DNA of 64,000 nucleotides, from sequence record LC768500.1; one strand, given 5' to 3'. The stretch comes from Klebsiella phage phiKp_32. This document shows, piece after piece, positions 36,702 to 46,696 of the stretch; the first letter of the stretch is position 1, and each line of letters opens with the position of its first letter. The notes below the pieces were generated by a model that ran no database searches, had not been told where the DNA came from, and saw only the letters and a program-made list of their open reading frames with translations. Both the position numbers and the translations under genes were made by a program.

Positions 36702-37994
36702 CTAGAAAAGTGAATCGTAAAGATTGAGCACCGTTGTTTCTACTTTAGAAACGTGGGCGTTTTTCATCTTAGTTAACATAAACCGAGTTGGTATGTTAAC
36801 GACCTCACTACTTAAACGGTTGGCCGATTTACCCAAAGAAACCCCACAACAAACCTTGCAATGGTTATCTTCTTTTGTCTGACACAGATAAGGAACACGC
36901 ATCTTAACCGTACTACCTATCATTTCGGTCTCAGTGCCCTCCAGAACGGTCGGTTTCCCATTCTTAAGGTAATAACCGCCCTTCCAGTTCTTGAGACTGT
37001 AAGGGTCGATATAGACGTCTTCCGTATAGGCCGTCCCACAATCATCTTCGGCCACGATAATTCGTGAGGTTAAGCGCATCAGTTCTTTAACCCCTGCACC
37101 ACCTTCACCTGTCGCTTTACCACGGTCATAAGACGCGGAAACTGCGGTATTGATGTAGTGGGTGATTTGATCGTAATTCCAAATCTCATTAAGAGGTTGT
37201 TTTATCAGAATAAACTCACCCGTGTTAAAGTCCCTTTCCAGACCAAAGACCAGGAACATTTTCTTACGGGCGTTATCGATAAATTTCTTATCGATGAAGA
37301 AGTCAGAAGAAGCGCCGTTCAATTGCTCTTCCATGTCGAGGTCTACGATCTGTTTGATGATGTTCGCTGCGACAATGGGGTCGTTTAACTCATGGGCGTG
37401 TTCTTTAAACAATCTCTCCCTTAATGCGATGACCGCTTTACTTACGGTAACCGCCTGAATACTCCCGGCTTTAGTAAAGATATCATTTAAGCCCATCAGA
37501 TAGTTGGCTTGTTTAGTAAGCTTAAGACATTCGGTCACGCTTGCTTTACCAGCTGGTATCTCTTCACCCGGCTGAGGGTCGTCTACCATTAATTCGGCGA
37601 TGACGTCTTCCACTAATCTACCGGTTATGAGTTTATTGTGATACGGAGTCCGGTTTTGGAATACTTCCCAGAAAAGACATCTGTTAAGCAACAAGATCCC
37701 CATTGTGGTGGTAATGCTCCCCTCAATACTCGGATGCCATTTATTATCTATCACCAACTTTTCGTGTTTATAGAAAAGAGGGTACGCGAGATCCCCTTCT
37801 ATTTCTATCGTGTCCCCATCGTCGTTATAACACCAAAGTCCGTTGGGACTGCGATGAAGGAACCAGGGAGTTTTACCTAACAGAGTCTCGTTTTTTTCAT
37901 TATCAGTAAGAACGGAGAAGGTGCTCAGTATCCAGAGTTTCTTTTGATACATACGCCTTTCAAAACACTGGAAGAGGTAATCGATCTTATTCAT
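36702..37994 (-). CDS. second RNAP beta'-like C-terminal fragment (430 aa), ending at the bridge-helix / trigger-loop start
   Basis: [21 protein letters not shown] matches [36 protein letters not shown] matches SCDTDFGVCAHCYG. The C-terminal [10 protein letters not shown] approximates QLTMRTFH. Confidence 0.55.
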   Translation of the reverse strand: [430 protein letters not shown]

Positions 37995-38871
37995 TGGTTA
38001 ACCCCAGTTTTTTCACTAATCCGTCAGCGTAGTACAGGCTTTCCACATCAGAGAAATCTTCTCCTAAGCGAGCAGAGAGTTTATCGAGGAAACTCTCGTT
38101 GGTAATCCCGCTGCACAGCATCAAACAAATGATCTCTTTAATGTATTTTTTAGGCTCGTTTTCTTTCATCTCGTTGAGGCGGTCAAGATAATATTTATAA
38201 ATGACCAACCACCCGATTCCTAATTTGCCTGCGCTAACTACGTGTTCCCACGCCAACGTTCCGCGTAAGAATTCTTTATTGCCCCTGACTCGGTCGCTGA
38301 CGTATTGAGGGACTTCAACGTCAGCATCAGGGTTAATCAACGACGTCCTTAAAACTTCTAACAGATGTTCAGAGACGTCAGAGATAATCATTTCGTACAG
38401 GCTGGTGTTCTCCAGATCAAGGAGCTTTTCGATCACCACTATAAAACGATCTTTTGTTTCTAAGTCGGTCGCTTCCAAAATAACACTCAGGGACAGAAGG
38501 TCCTCGTAACCATCAAGAATATAGGCGACGTCGATAATATTAGTAAGCAAGGGAAGATGATCTATGGTGATCTGATCTTTATCAATCTCAACGCCAAGTT
38601 CTGTGATGATTTGAATACTATTAGCGATGAGGATATCCCTTATAGCGTTAGTCTGTTCAATGACAGTCATTCCTTCATCAATGAGTATTTCCAGGATTTG
38701 ACTTTGTACGGTTGTTTCTTCCTGACTAATCGCAATTAAATTATACGCTTTATCGAATGTATTGAAATTAAATTCGGTAATAGATTTAGCAAAGGCCAAC
38801 CAGGTTTCTCCTAACTCAGATGTCAGGATACTGGCTTCAGTGAGGTCTATTGCTCGTTTTTCAAAAATCAT
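37987..38871 (-). CDS. hypothetical protein (294 aa)
   Basis: ORF with ATGnnnnTGA-type overlap to the downstream gene. Confidence 0.55.
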   Translation of the reverse strand: MIFEKRAIDLTEASILTSELGETWLAFAKSITEFNFNTFDKAYNLIAISQEETTVQSQILEILIDEGMTVIEQTNAIRDILIANSIQIITELGVEIDKDQITIDHLPLLTNIIDVAYILDGYEDLLSLSVILEATDLETKDRFIVVIEKLLDLENTSLYEMIISDVSEHLLEVLRTSLINPDADVEVPQYVSDRVRGNKEFLRGTLAWEHVVSAGKLGIGWLVIYKYYLDRLNEMKENEPKKYIKEIICLMLCSGITNESFLDKLSARLGEDFSDVESLYYADGLVKKLGLTNE

Positions 38872-38914
38872 GGTTTAACCCCTGCTAAAGGTCGTGGGTA
38901 ATAGGAGACATAAA

Positions 38915-39622
38915 ATGCGTAGTAGCCAGCAGAAAGCCAAGGCTAGTCAAAAGAAAGCGATCAAAAATACTCACCGCAAGAAAAACTGCAGCGGAAAGAA
39001 GATCGTTTTAACTAAGAAACAGAAAGAAAGAAAAATGATTGAAACAGTCACTGCTATGGCGAAAGCCGGGGATGTCTCCAGCGTTCAATTACTGGCTGCC
39101 GCCAGCGCCAAAGATAAGAGCGTTAAATCGGGAGAGCTTAAGACCAAGCAGCTTATCGAGTTGGTGGATGAAAATATTCAACAACTCATTATTTCCCACG
39201 CCCTTGTGGAAGGTGTTGCTGAATGTTTACACGAAGGGCTTATCGAAGATCCTGATAACGCCATCTCTGATAAAGTCAAAGAATGCGACGAATTGACTGT
39301 GCGTTGGATGGAAGACGCTAATGCTGTTATTGCGCTCAGCCACACCGAACTCATTCCGGAAGATTACGTCGATATGGCCATTAGCTTTATGGCCAGCACT
39401 ATCGGTATCATGTCCGATAGCTACCCTCGACTCATCGAATTAACCGAAGACATGAAATCGGTCATTAATAAGAAAATGGCTGAGATCATCGATGCGGTGA
39501 AAGCCGACTATCCGGAATCTACTGAATTCGAACAGGTCTCCAAAATTCACCAGAAACGGATGATGGAAATCATGCCGCTTTACGGGACCCCAGCGCCTGT
39601 AGAAGAAACTGAAACCGTTTAA
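38915..39622 (+). CDS. hypothetical protein with basic N-terminus (start at ATG with AGGAGA SD)
   Basis: MRSSQQKAKASQKKAIKNTHRKKN…; partly optimised codons. Confidence 0.5.
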   Translation: MRSSQQKAKASQKKAIKNTHRKKNCSGKKIVLTKKQKERKMIETVTAMAKAGDVSSVQLLAAASAKDKSVKSGELKTKQLIELVDENIQQLIISHALVEGVAECLHEGLIEDPDNAISDKVKECDELTVRWMEDANAVIALSHTELIPEDYVDMAISFMASTIGIMSDSYPRLIELTEDMKSVINKKMAEIIDAVKADYPESTEFEQVSKIHQKRMMEIMPLYGTPAPVEETETV

Positions 39623-39639
39623 TCATAGGACCGATATTT

Positions 39640-41256
39640 ATGTCTGAAGAAAACAACATTCCGGCCCAAGGGACGGCGCACGACAAGAACAACCACACGA
39701 TGAGTCAGTTCCAGGAACCCAAAGATCTCAAGTTGGGGGTGTTCGATCCAAAAGAAGATAATAATTTCATTAAGGTCTTCTTAGGCGTTGACTCAGAAGA
39801 GTACAAGAAACTCTCCGGCCTTATCTCAAGGTGGTTGGAGTACAACTTTACTCTGAACGAACCCAACGCCAAACCGGCCCAGATCAACGCGGTTAAAGAC
39901 AAATACTTCGGGTATCTCAAGGAACAGTACCCGAACAAAACAGAAGAAGAGGTTAACGAGCTGGCGCAGTCGTACTACAGCTTCGCAACCAACTTCACTG
40001 AAAATCTGTACCGCCGGAATGAAACCGTTAATGGGGCGAAAACGACTAACGTCTCTTTAAAAGCCCAGGGTATCGTCGAGGGAGACATCGTTGGCCGTGC
40101 GCCAGGGTTGGGTAAAAAGCTCCCTATGCGCGATATGATGCGCCGCCATTTCCGTCGCACCACTAACGAAGCAGAAAACTTCGACGTTCTCCTGCGTAAC
40201 TCATTTATTCAGTTACGTATTTCTCGCCCAACCATTCTGGAACTGGGGCGTCTGCTGGAAGACATTCAGCTCGAAGTGAAAAACTACGTTCGTCAGGTTA
40301 ACGGTAACTCATTGACTCTCGCTCGTGTTTCTATTGCGCGGGTTATTTGGAAATTCGTTTCTGATCGTATCGTATCCTGCTCCGTCAAAGATACCGACGA
40401 TTATTACGATCTCGCTAACAACATCCTTTGGAGTGACTTCGGCGCGCTCTGTATCTCGTTACTTTCCGCTTCGTCTTCTAAGGGTGTGAATCTTCAACTC
40501 GAGTGTCTCGCAAACAACTGCGACTGGGAAGAGTATCAAGTCGTAGATCCTTCTCTCTTGCTTCGTCCTATTCCTGAGAATCTTTCAGAAGAGCAGTCTA
40601 TCGCTCTGGGTAATATCGTTAACGGGGTTCAGCGTTATTCCCGTGAAGAGATTACTAAGCTTCAGAATAAGACCAAGTACGATTTCGATACCAAATTGAT
40701 GTTCGACGAAGGCCGGCAGTATTTCGAAATCGCTCCTCCAACGCTGTCTGTTGCGTTTGAAACCTTCGACATGTTCGTCGATAAAGTCATCCCTTCGATT
40801 CAGCAATTGCGCGCTAACACCATCAACGATCAGGAGTATGCCGTTGCTCTGGCTAACCTTATCCAGAGTATCGCCGGTAGCGAATACGCCCATTGGGTTA
40901 AATCCTACGTGATTAACCCGGAGAGCGGCACAGACGGCGCGCCTACTAAGTATGATCGTTTAGGCGAAGGTGGGTCTCGTGAGTTTAATGAAGGTCTCTT
41001 TGATATCCTCGATAGCGATGTTGAACTTTCCCAAGAACTCATCAAAAAGATCAACCGTATCGGTCCATCGATGACACTCACCATCATCGGGGTGCCGAAC
41101 TATCATTGCCCTCGTTGCGCGAAATCAAGTTCTGAAAGCGGTATCACTTATAAAGGTATCACCCCTATTGACCCGCTTATGGCTTTTTTTACCCTAACCC
41201 AGTTGATGTTTATGGATCGGGTGGTGAATCTAAGCGGTCTCGACGCAACCCCTTAG
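39640..41256 (+). CDS. hypothetical abundant protein (538 aa) with C-terminal CxxC…CxxC zinc ribbon
   Basis: Host-optimised codon usage; …NYHCPRCAKSS… and an upstream CxxC motif. Confidence 0.6.
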   Translation: MSEENNIPAQGTAHDKNNHTMSQFQEPKDLKLGVFDPKEDNNFIKVFLGVDSEEYKKLSGLISRWLEYNFTLNEPNAKPAQINAVKDKYFGYLKEQYPNKTEEEVNELAQSYYSFATNFTENLYRRNETVNGAKTTNVSLKAQGIVEGDIVGRAPGLGKKLPMRDMMRRHFRRTTNEAENFDVLLRNSFIQLRISRPTILELGRLLEDIQLEVKNYVRQVNGNSLTLARVSIARVIWKFVSDRIVSCSVKDTDDYYDLANNILWSDFGALCISLLSASSSKGVNLQLECLANNCDWEEYQVVDPSLLLRPIPENLSEEQSIALGNIVNGVQRYSREEITKLQNKTKYDFDTKLMFDEGRQYFEIAPPTLSVAFETFDMFVDKVIPSIQQLRANTINDQEYAVALANLIQSIAGSEYAHWVKSYVINPESGTDGAPTKYDRLGEGGSREFNEGLFDILDSDVELSQELIKKINRIGPSMTLTIIGVPNYHCPRCAKSSSESGITYKGITPIDPLMAFFTLTQLMFMDRVVNLSGLDATP

Positions 41257-41303
41257 AGCTAACTACCTTTACTAACTCGCCTGATTATCTGCAGGCGAGT
41301 AAA

Positions 41304-41693
41304 ATGTTCTTAGGGAAGTCTATTAAAACGATCACCCGCACAGAACTCAACGTCATCGATAGCAAATTAAATCGTATCGGCATGGGGTATGTGGGGCTGA
41401 GTAAAATGACTCCCTTCGATCCTATCAGTTGGGTAGAGGAAGAGCATGAGTATACTCACCCGTTCAGTCTTCAACGTCGCTTTTACGACTACGGTTATTT
41501 CCGCCTAAAAGAAATCTTTACGTTAAACGAATACTTAAACATGGAAGCTTACCTTTTGGATAAGGCGATGAAGTACATTCGTTTAGGGGCCGATTCCAGA
41601 TTAAAAGATGAAATCAGGCTCAATAAAGATAAAGCTGAGCCGGAAGCCAGTGAGGTCGAAAAAGTCATGAAAAACCTATTAGGTAAAGGATAG
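41304..41693 (+). CDS. hypothetical protein (129 aa)
   Basis: ORF with a hairpin in the leader. Confidence 0.5.
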   Translation: MFLGKSIKTITRTELNVIDSKLNRIGMGYVGLSKMTPFDPISWVEEEHEYTHPFSLQRRFYDYGYFRLKEIFTLNEYLNMEAYLLDKAMKYIRLGADSRLKDEIRLNKDKAEPEASEVEKVMKNLLGKG

Positions 41694-41698
41694 CGATT

Positions 41699-42280
41699 AT
41701 GTCTTATTCCAAACCTTCAAGTACTTCTATCACGCCAACCAATAAGGTGATCGAAGAAACCGAAGAAGCCGTTCAGCAACAAATCACCTTAGAAAAAGAA
41801 AATGTTCCTACCGTCGTCCTTGCCAGTGAGATGGTGGGTTCTAAAAGTAACGCAGTGACTGACGTTTTCGTAGAGGCCCTGACGCGCTATAAAAACGTAT
41901 TAGCCGGTAACCTTGTTCTTAACAAATCCCAGCTCAAAGAAGAGCAGGCTGCGTTTATGAACACAGTGAGTAACACGATGAATCTTGAGTTTAAAGATTA
42001 CGTGTTAACCACCGATGCGTTGGTTCTTTTAATGCGTGATAACAAAGAAGCCTTCAACGAAAAGCGTCTGTACGAACTGTTTTATTATGTTCAAGGCGAC
42101 TATTCTAAGAAGGCGGCTGAACGTTACATGCGTTACATGTCGGCTCTGTACACCCTGTCTCAAAACCTCCGTAATCGTTCTCGAATCGGTAAGATGGTGG
42201 ATATTGTTAGCCTATCTTCTGGCTATACAACTAAAGCCGCTACAAATATTCAGAATTACTTTAACCGTAATTACGGGTAA
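41699..42280 (+). CDS. hypothetical protein (193 aa)
   Basis: aaagga SD upstream. Confidence 0.55.
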   Translation: MSYSKPSSTSITPTNKVIEETEEAVQQQITLEKENVPTVVLASEMVGSKSNAVTDVFVEALTRYKNVLAGNLVLNKSQLKEEQAAFMNTVSNTMNLEFKDYVLTTDALVLLMRDNKEAFNEKRLYELFYYVQGDYSKKAAERYMRYMSALYTLSQNLRNRSRIGKMVDIVSLSSGYTTKAATNIQNYFNRNYG

Positions 42281-42340
42281 CGCATTATCCTCCAGTCCAA
42301 TCGGGCTGGAGGATAATATGGATTAATTAAAGGACATCGT

Positions 42341-43117
42341 ATGAATACTGAACACATTGAACTCGTCTTCGACGGGTTGTATGACCGCGTTAGCGGAAAT
42401 GAAACGTACGCTTCGCGTTATTTGGACGGCGTGATCTGGGCCAATGAACCCAGTAATATGTTTGTTTCTGGTAACGAAGGGTTTCTCGACAACGTCTCTG
42501 ACGCTATTAAGAAGGCTTGGGAATATATCAAGAAATTCCTTGCTTCCATTAAGGAAAAACTTTCTTCCTTTTTTAAGAGTAAACGAATCGAAGAATCCGC
42601 TAAGAAAGTTGACGAAGCTTTGAAAAGCAACGACTTCGAAACATCTCCGGAAGTCAAAGAAAAAATCGACAAAACATCTAAGAAAATAAAACAGATTATC
42701 AGCGTTTTAAATTCTGTATCTGAAGATGTTGATACGATGAAAAGTTACGTCAAGACGGATGATTTACTTTCTAAACTTATTCATCCTTATGTTGACGTGC
42801 TGGTTTCAGAGAAAGATCGTTTAGCTAAATCTCTTGAGATTATCGACGAAAAACTTAAAGATAAAGTAACGAAAGAACTGTTGATGAAATGTCGCAGCGC
42901 ACTTGATGGAATGAAGGGGTTCTCTTCCAAATACGTCATCGCTACTAATGCTTTAGATTTCATCATTTCAAATGTCGAGAAAGCTCCTGAAGCGAATAAA
43001 GAACTCACGGCAGCAAGAATCAAGGCTATTAAATGGACTCTTAGAGGATTGGATATTCTAGGAGAACAGATTGTTGTTGCTGCCAAGTTGATAGAACAAA
43101 TTCCAAAAATAAAATAA
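42341..43117 (+). CDS. hypothetical protein; N-terminal module paralogous to 9132-9632
   Basis: MNTEHIELVFDGLYDRVSGNETYASRYLDGVIWANEPSNMFVSGNEGF…; aaagga SD. Confidence 0.6.
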   Translation: MNTEHIELVFDGLYDRVSGNETYASRYLDGVIWANEPSNMFVSGNEGFLDNVSDAIKKAWEYIKKFLASIKEKLSSFFKSKRIEESAKKVDEALKSNDFETSPEVKEKIDKTSKKIKQIISVLNSVSEDVDTMKSYVKTDDLLSKLIHPYVDVLVSEKDRLAKSLEIIDEKLKDKVTKELLMKCRSALDGMKGFSSKYVIATNALDFIISNVEKAPEANKELTAARIKAIKWTLRGLDILGEQIVVAAKLIEQIPKIK

Positions 43118-43125
43118 CCCACGAC

Positions 43126-43163
43126 ATTACTACTCCTACCGCTAAGGCGGTAGGAGTAGTAAT
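43126..43163. terminator. bidirectional terminator hairpin (TACTCCTACC family) between convergent genes
   Basis: Perfect 17-bp stem attactactcctaccgc-taag-gcggtaggagtagtaat. Confidence 0.5.
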
Positions 43164-44884
43164 TATGCTGCAAGTTTTTCGTATACTTGTTCTATTTCAG
43201 TAATGGTTGGGAATCTATGAAGTGTAGTGCAGAGACTCAACGCATTTGCTTTAGGGCTGCTGGCGTAGTTGACTCCGACTTCCCTGAATTGGAATCTGTT
43301 CAATCCTTCAATTTTACACGCTTCCATACGTGTTGTTTTATTTGATACGTTCAGCGCCACTGTAGCTGTAGGATACGCCCCTCTAACGTCGATATCATCA
43401 GTCAAACCACGACCACGACTTCTGATACCCGGCATGCCGATAAAGAGCGCTTTACCCATGTCCTCATTCTTTTCAGTCTCCAACAACGCAATCCAATCTT
43501 TAAGATCTGGTTTAAGATCATCAAGTTCATCTTTGCTTGTCGTTCCGCGAGTACCCCAAACGTAACCGTTATCTTTAGCAACAAAAGACAGTTCATCGGA
43601 AATACATTTCGGCTGACTAGGGTAGTTAAAGAATTCAGACGATTTCAAAAGCATAGGTAGCGAGAGACTTAAGTCGTCCGTCTTTTCGTTAAGTTCTTCT
43701 ATCGTGATGTTATCTTTGATGTTGTATATGCAATATTCAAAGATATGATTCTTTTGCATGTAACGGTGCCAGTCGGGAGAACCTGCTGGTAAGTGACTAC
43801 CCGATTCGGTATAGAGTTTACCTTCTATCCCATTATCTTGAGCAGTGAATTCCAATCCGTAAGAATCCTTCTTACCCTGAGGAGCGCGTTTAATCGCATA
43901 GAAGGATGCGGCGTCCAACCATTGCCACGATGACATAGCCTGAACAGTAGGGAAGCTTTCTTGCCACTCCAAAGGCTGTTTATCGCCATTCTCCTTGACC
44001 TTATGAGTTCTCCCTTTATTAAACCAATAATTTTGGAATTCTTCAGGAACATTTGGGTCGCTATAAACCGCAGCCGGATCAATGTTGTAAGCGAGTAACG
44101 CTTCCTCGTTCTTCTCCATATCGAACTTGGCGTTCCAAGACGCTATCCAATCTGGATGCCAGTCATGCCAACGTGCGACGTTACTTTCCACTACTTGAGC
44201 TTGGTTGTCGAAGAGCTCCCAAATCACAGTCGCGTTACGTCGTTTTAAAACATCTCCTAATAATCGCTCAGCTTCAGATTCTAAAGTCTCGATAATCTTC
44301 TTATCAGACATTCCATTAAAAATCCAACGAACTGCTGAGAAGTAAATCTTTTCTTTAAACGTGGTCGACGCCATAATGATAGAGTCATCATTATTGTTGA
44401 TCATGTTTGTTTCTACGTCATATGCCGCCGTAGTGTAAGATTCAGTTTCTTGGTATTTCGCCTGTGTTCTAAAATAGTAGTTCTTTATGAGCACCGGAGT
44501 GGTTTGCTCACAACCGTAGACATATGGAGAGTTCTTCATAGTCAGCAGGTCGGCTTTTTTATCAGGTACCCCGTAGAGGATTCGGCTGATATTCATCGCC
44601 ATACGAGCACGTGTGCTTTTAAAACTATCGCATAATCGTTTGTCGATGTAGTCTTTCTTATCTTTAAACTTACGGAATTTTTCTTTCGTGATATAAAAGT
44701 CGACAACGAGATCAGGAATACCTATCAGCGAGTCAGATCGAGATCCGTCTTCATGGACATTGGTTATTTTAACCAGGTTATAGTCTTTTAATTTGTCGTA
44801 CCGCGATGTGCTGTAAGCAACTTTTTTACATACTTTTCCAATGATAGGAGAATCATTTTTTTCTCCTGATCCTAGTGTAATCAT
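43163..44884 (-). CDS. family-B-like DNA polymerase / 3'-5' exonuclease (573 aa), tentative
   Basis: Exo I AAYDVETN, Exo II WNAKFDME, Exo III-like YCIYNIKD. Possible motif A DDLSLSLPMLL and motif C-like LTDDIDV. Confidence 0.45.
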   Translation of the reverse strand: MITLGSGEKNDSPIIGKVCKKVAYSTSRYDKLKDYNLVKITNVHEDGSRSDSLIGIPDLVVDFYITKEKFRKFKDKKDYIDKRLCDSFKSTRARMAMNISRILYGVPDKKADLLTMKNSPYVYGCEQTTPVLIKNYYFRTQAKYQETESYTTAAYDVETNMINNNDDSIIMASTTFKEKIYFSAVRWIFNGMSDKKIIETLESEAERLLGDVLKRRNATVIWELFDNQAQVVESNVARWHDWHPDWIASWNAKFDMEKNEEALLAYNIDPAAVYSDPNVPEEFQNYWFNKGRTHKVKENGDKQPLEWQESFPTVQAMSSWQWLDAASFYAIKRAPQGKKDSYGLEFTAQDNGIEGKLYTESGSHLPAGSPDWHRYMQKNHIFEYCIYNIKDNITIEELNEKTDDLSLSLPMLLKSSEFFNYPSQPKCISDELSFVAKDNGYVWGTRGTTSKDELDDLKPDLKDWIALLETEKNEDMGKALFIGMPGIRSRGRGLTDDIDVRGAYPTATVALNVSNKTTRMEACKIEGLNRFQFREVGVNYASSPKANALSLCTTLHRFPTITEIEQVYEKLAA

Positions 44885-44962
44885 GGGCTCACCACATTTT
44901 ATGAATGTTGAAGTTCTCTAAACAATTACGCTTATAGTTATTTTTAACAGAGGCTCTATTAA

Positions 44963-46288
44963 ATGATTGACATCAGTTTTCTTCGTCCCGCTAAGGTGGG
45001 TGGGATGGAGTTTATGGATTTCCAATACACCAATTTCTTCGACGAACTCAGCAGGGCCTTTGATGACGTAATTGTCGAGGGTGAATTAAAGGAAATTCCT
45101 GATGAGGTTCTTGGGCTTGTGCGCAAGTATACCGGATTTAGCAATATCGAGATCCACTTGGTCGATGCGGGCAATCTCGCTATTGAAGTCGGATATTTAA
45201 ATCCAAATAACGTGTTCAATATTCAGGATATTGAAAAATATCTTCCTCGGTCTGAGTCTACTTTGTACCGTTGGTTTACCGGAAATAAACAAACGTTCTT
45301 TAAAGGTACAATAGATTATCAAACAGGATCTGTTGGCGGGACTTACGCCGAACTACCTTTCCGCTTATTTGTTAACTCTCGCCTTAACTCGTTTTTATCT
45401 AAATCCTTCCTGGACAAGCATAATGTCAGTTACGGTCAGGCATTAGCCGCGGTATTCATTCATGAGTTAGGTCACGCGTTTGGTGCGGTCATGATGATAC
45501 ACCAATCCGTTTACGACGCCATCACCGTGAGAACAGCGGTAGATTTCTTTACTCGGGCTAAAACCCCTAAAGATCGTGTTACCGTAATAAAGGATGCTTA
45601 CCGTTTACTCGACCCGGATACTAAATCCGATCAGAAAATCGAAAGCGAAATCGCGAACAGCGAAGACAGTAACGAATTTGTTGTTTTTCTGACCAAGGTG
45701 GCGTCGCAGCGTAATCTCAAACGCAGTTTAAGCTTGGGCGTTACTAAGATGAACTCCGAGGTTGTTGCCGACGCTTATTCGGTTAGAATGGGGTGTGGGC
45801 GATCTCTTGCTGTGGGGATAGGTTCAATGACTAGGTCCCTTCATATGAGTCAGGTCGTGTTTACTTTAATGCTATCTCTTATGAGTGCGTTAAACGGCGC
45901 GACGACCTCTCTTATTTTCGGCGGGATAGCGGGTGCCGTAGTCCTGGCAGTCTTCTCCTTGCTTTTCTACATGGGGAACAATACGCCAGGCGGCTATAAC
46001 TCAGAATACCGCAGAATGACCGACATTCTTACCCAGATGATCGGTAAGCTGAAAGACAATAAATTTATCTCGGCGCAAGATAAACAAAGGTACTTGGGTC
46101 AGATTATCAAAACCCAGAAACTCATCGATGATAACAAACCTTTTATTGAAGGTTCGGCTTTCCAATCGATGTGGATGTGGTTGAACAATGGATCTGATGC
46201 TAAGTTAATCAATATCGAGCATTACACTTCGCTTATTGCTAACAGCAAAACGAATGTATTGTCAGAACAATTTAATTCCCTTTCCTAG
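44963..46288 (+). CDS. putative zinc metallopeptidase (HExxH) with C-terminal transmembrane segments
   Basis: AAVFIHELGHAFGAV motif; hydrophobic stretches …LMLSLMSALNGATTSLIFGGIAGAVVLAVFSLLFYMG. Confidence 0.5.
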   Translation: MIDISFLRPAKVGGMEFMDFQYTNFFDELSRAFDDVIVEGELKEIPDEVLGLVRKYTGFSNIEIHLVDAGNLAIEVGYLNPNNVFNIQDIEKYLPRSESTLYRWFTGNKQTFFKGTIDYQTGSVGGTYAELPFRLFVNSRLNSFLSKSFLDKHNVSYGQALAAVFIHELGHAFGAVMMIHQSVYDAITVRTAVDFFTRAKTPKDRVTVIKDAYRLLDPDTKSDQKIESEIANSEDSNEFVVFLTKVASQRNLKRSLSLGVTKMNSEVVADAYSVRMGCGRSLAVGIGSMTRSLHMSQVVFTLMLSLMSALNGATTSLIFGGIAGAVVLAVFSLLFYMGNNTPGGYNSEYRRMTDILTQMIGKLKDNKFISAQDKQRYLGQIIKTQKLIDDNKPFIEGSAFQSMWMWLNNGSDAKLINIEHYTSLIANSKTNVLSEQFNSLS

Positions 46289-46297
46289 AGGTATGAC

Positions 46298-46696
46298 ATG
46301 TCACATTTAGCCCACACCATCACCCTGAAGAGCAAACTCTTAGAGTTGGGGGTTACCGACCCTGCGGATCAAAAACGTATTGTTGAGAACGCTTATGTTC
46401 GTGCGCTGGTAAAATACCTGTTTACCTACAAATATGTTTTCTCCGGATACACCGAAGAAGTCGAATCCAATATTTACCGCCGTCTGGCCAAGTGGAATGA
46501 GATCTCGCCTATTAACGGCCCTTTCATTGTCGAGAAACTCAAAGCGATCGTTCGCAATCTGAAAAACGAAGCGCTGGCTGGCGGTCAGTTCACCCCAATT
46601 AAAAATGCGAACGAAACTTTCGATGAACTGAGTTCGGAAGAGTTTATCAAATTGATGGACTGGTTGTTCGGAGAGATGGTGACCGGTAATGACTGA
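46298..46696 (+). CDS. hypothetical protein (132 aa)
   Basis: agaggta SD upstream. Confidence 0.5.
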   Translation: MSHLAHTITLKSKLLELGVTDPADQKRIVENAYVRALVKYLFTYKYVFSGYTEEVESNIYRRLAKWNEISPINGPFIVEKLKAIVRNLKNEALAGGQFTPIKNANETFDELSSEEFIKLMDWLFGEMVTGND

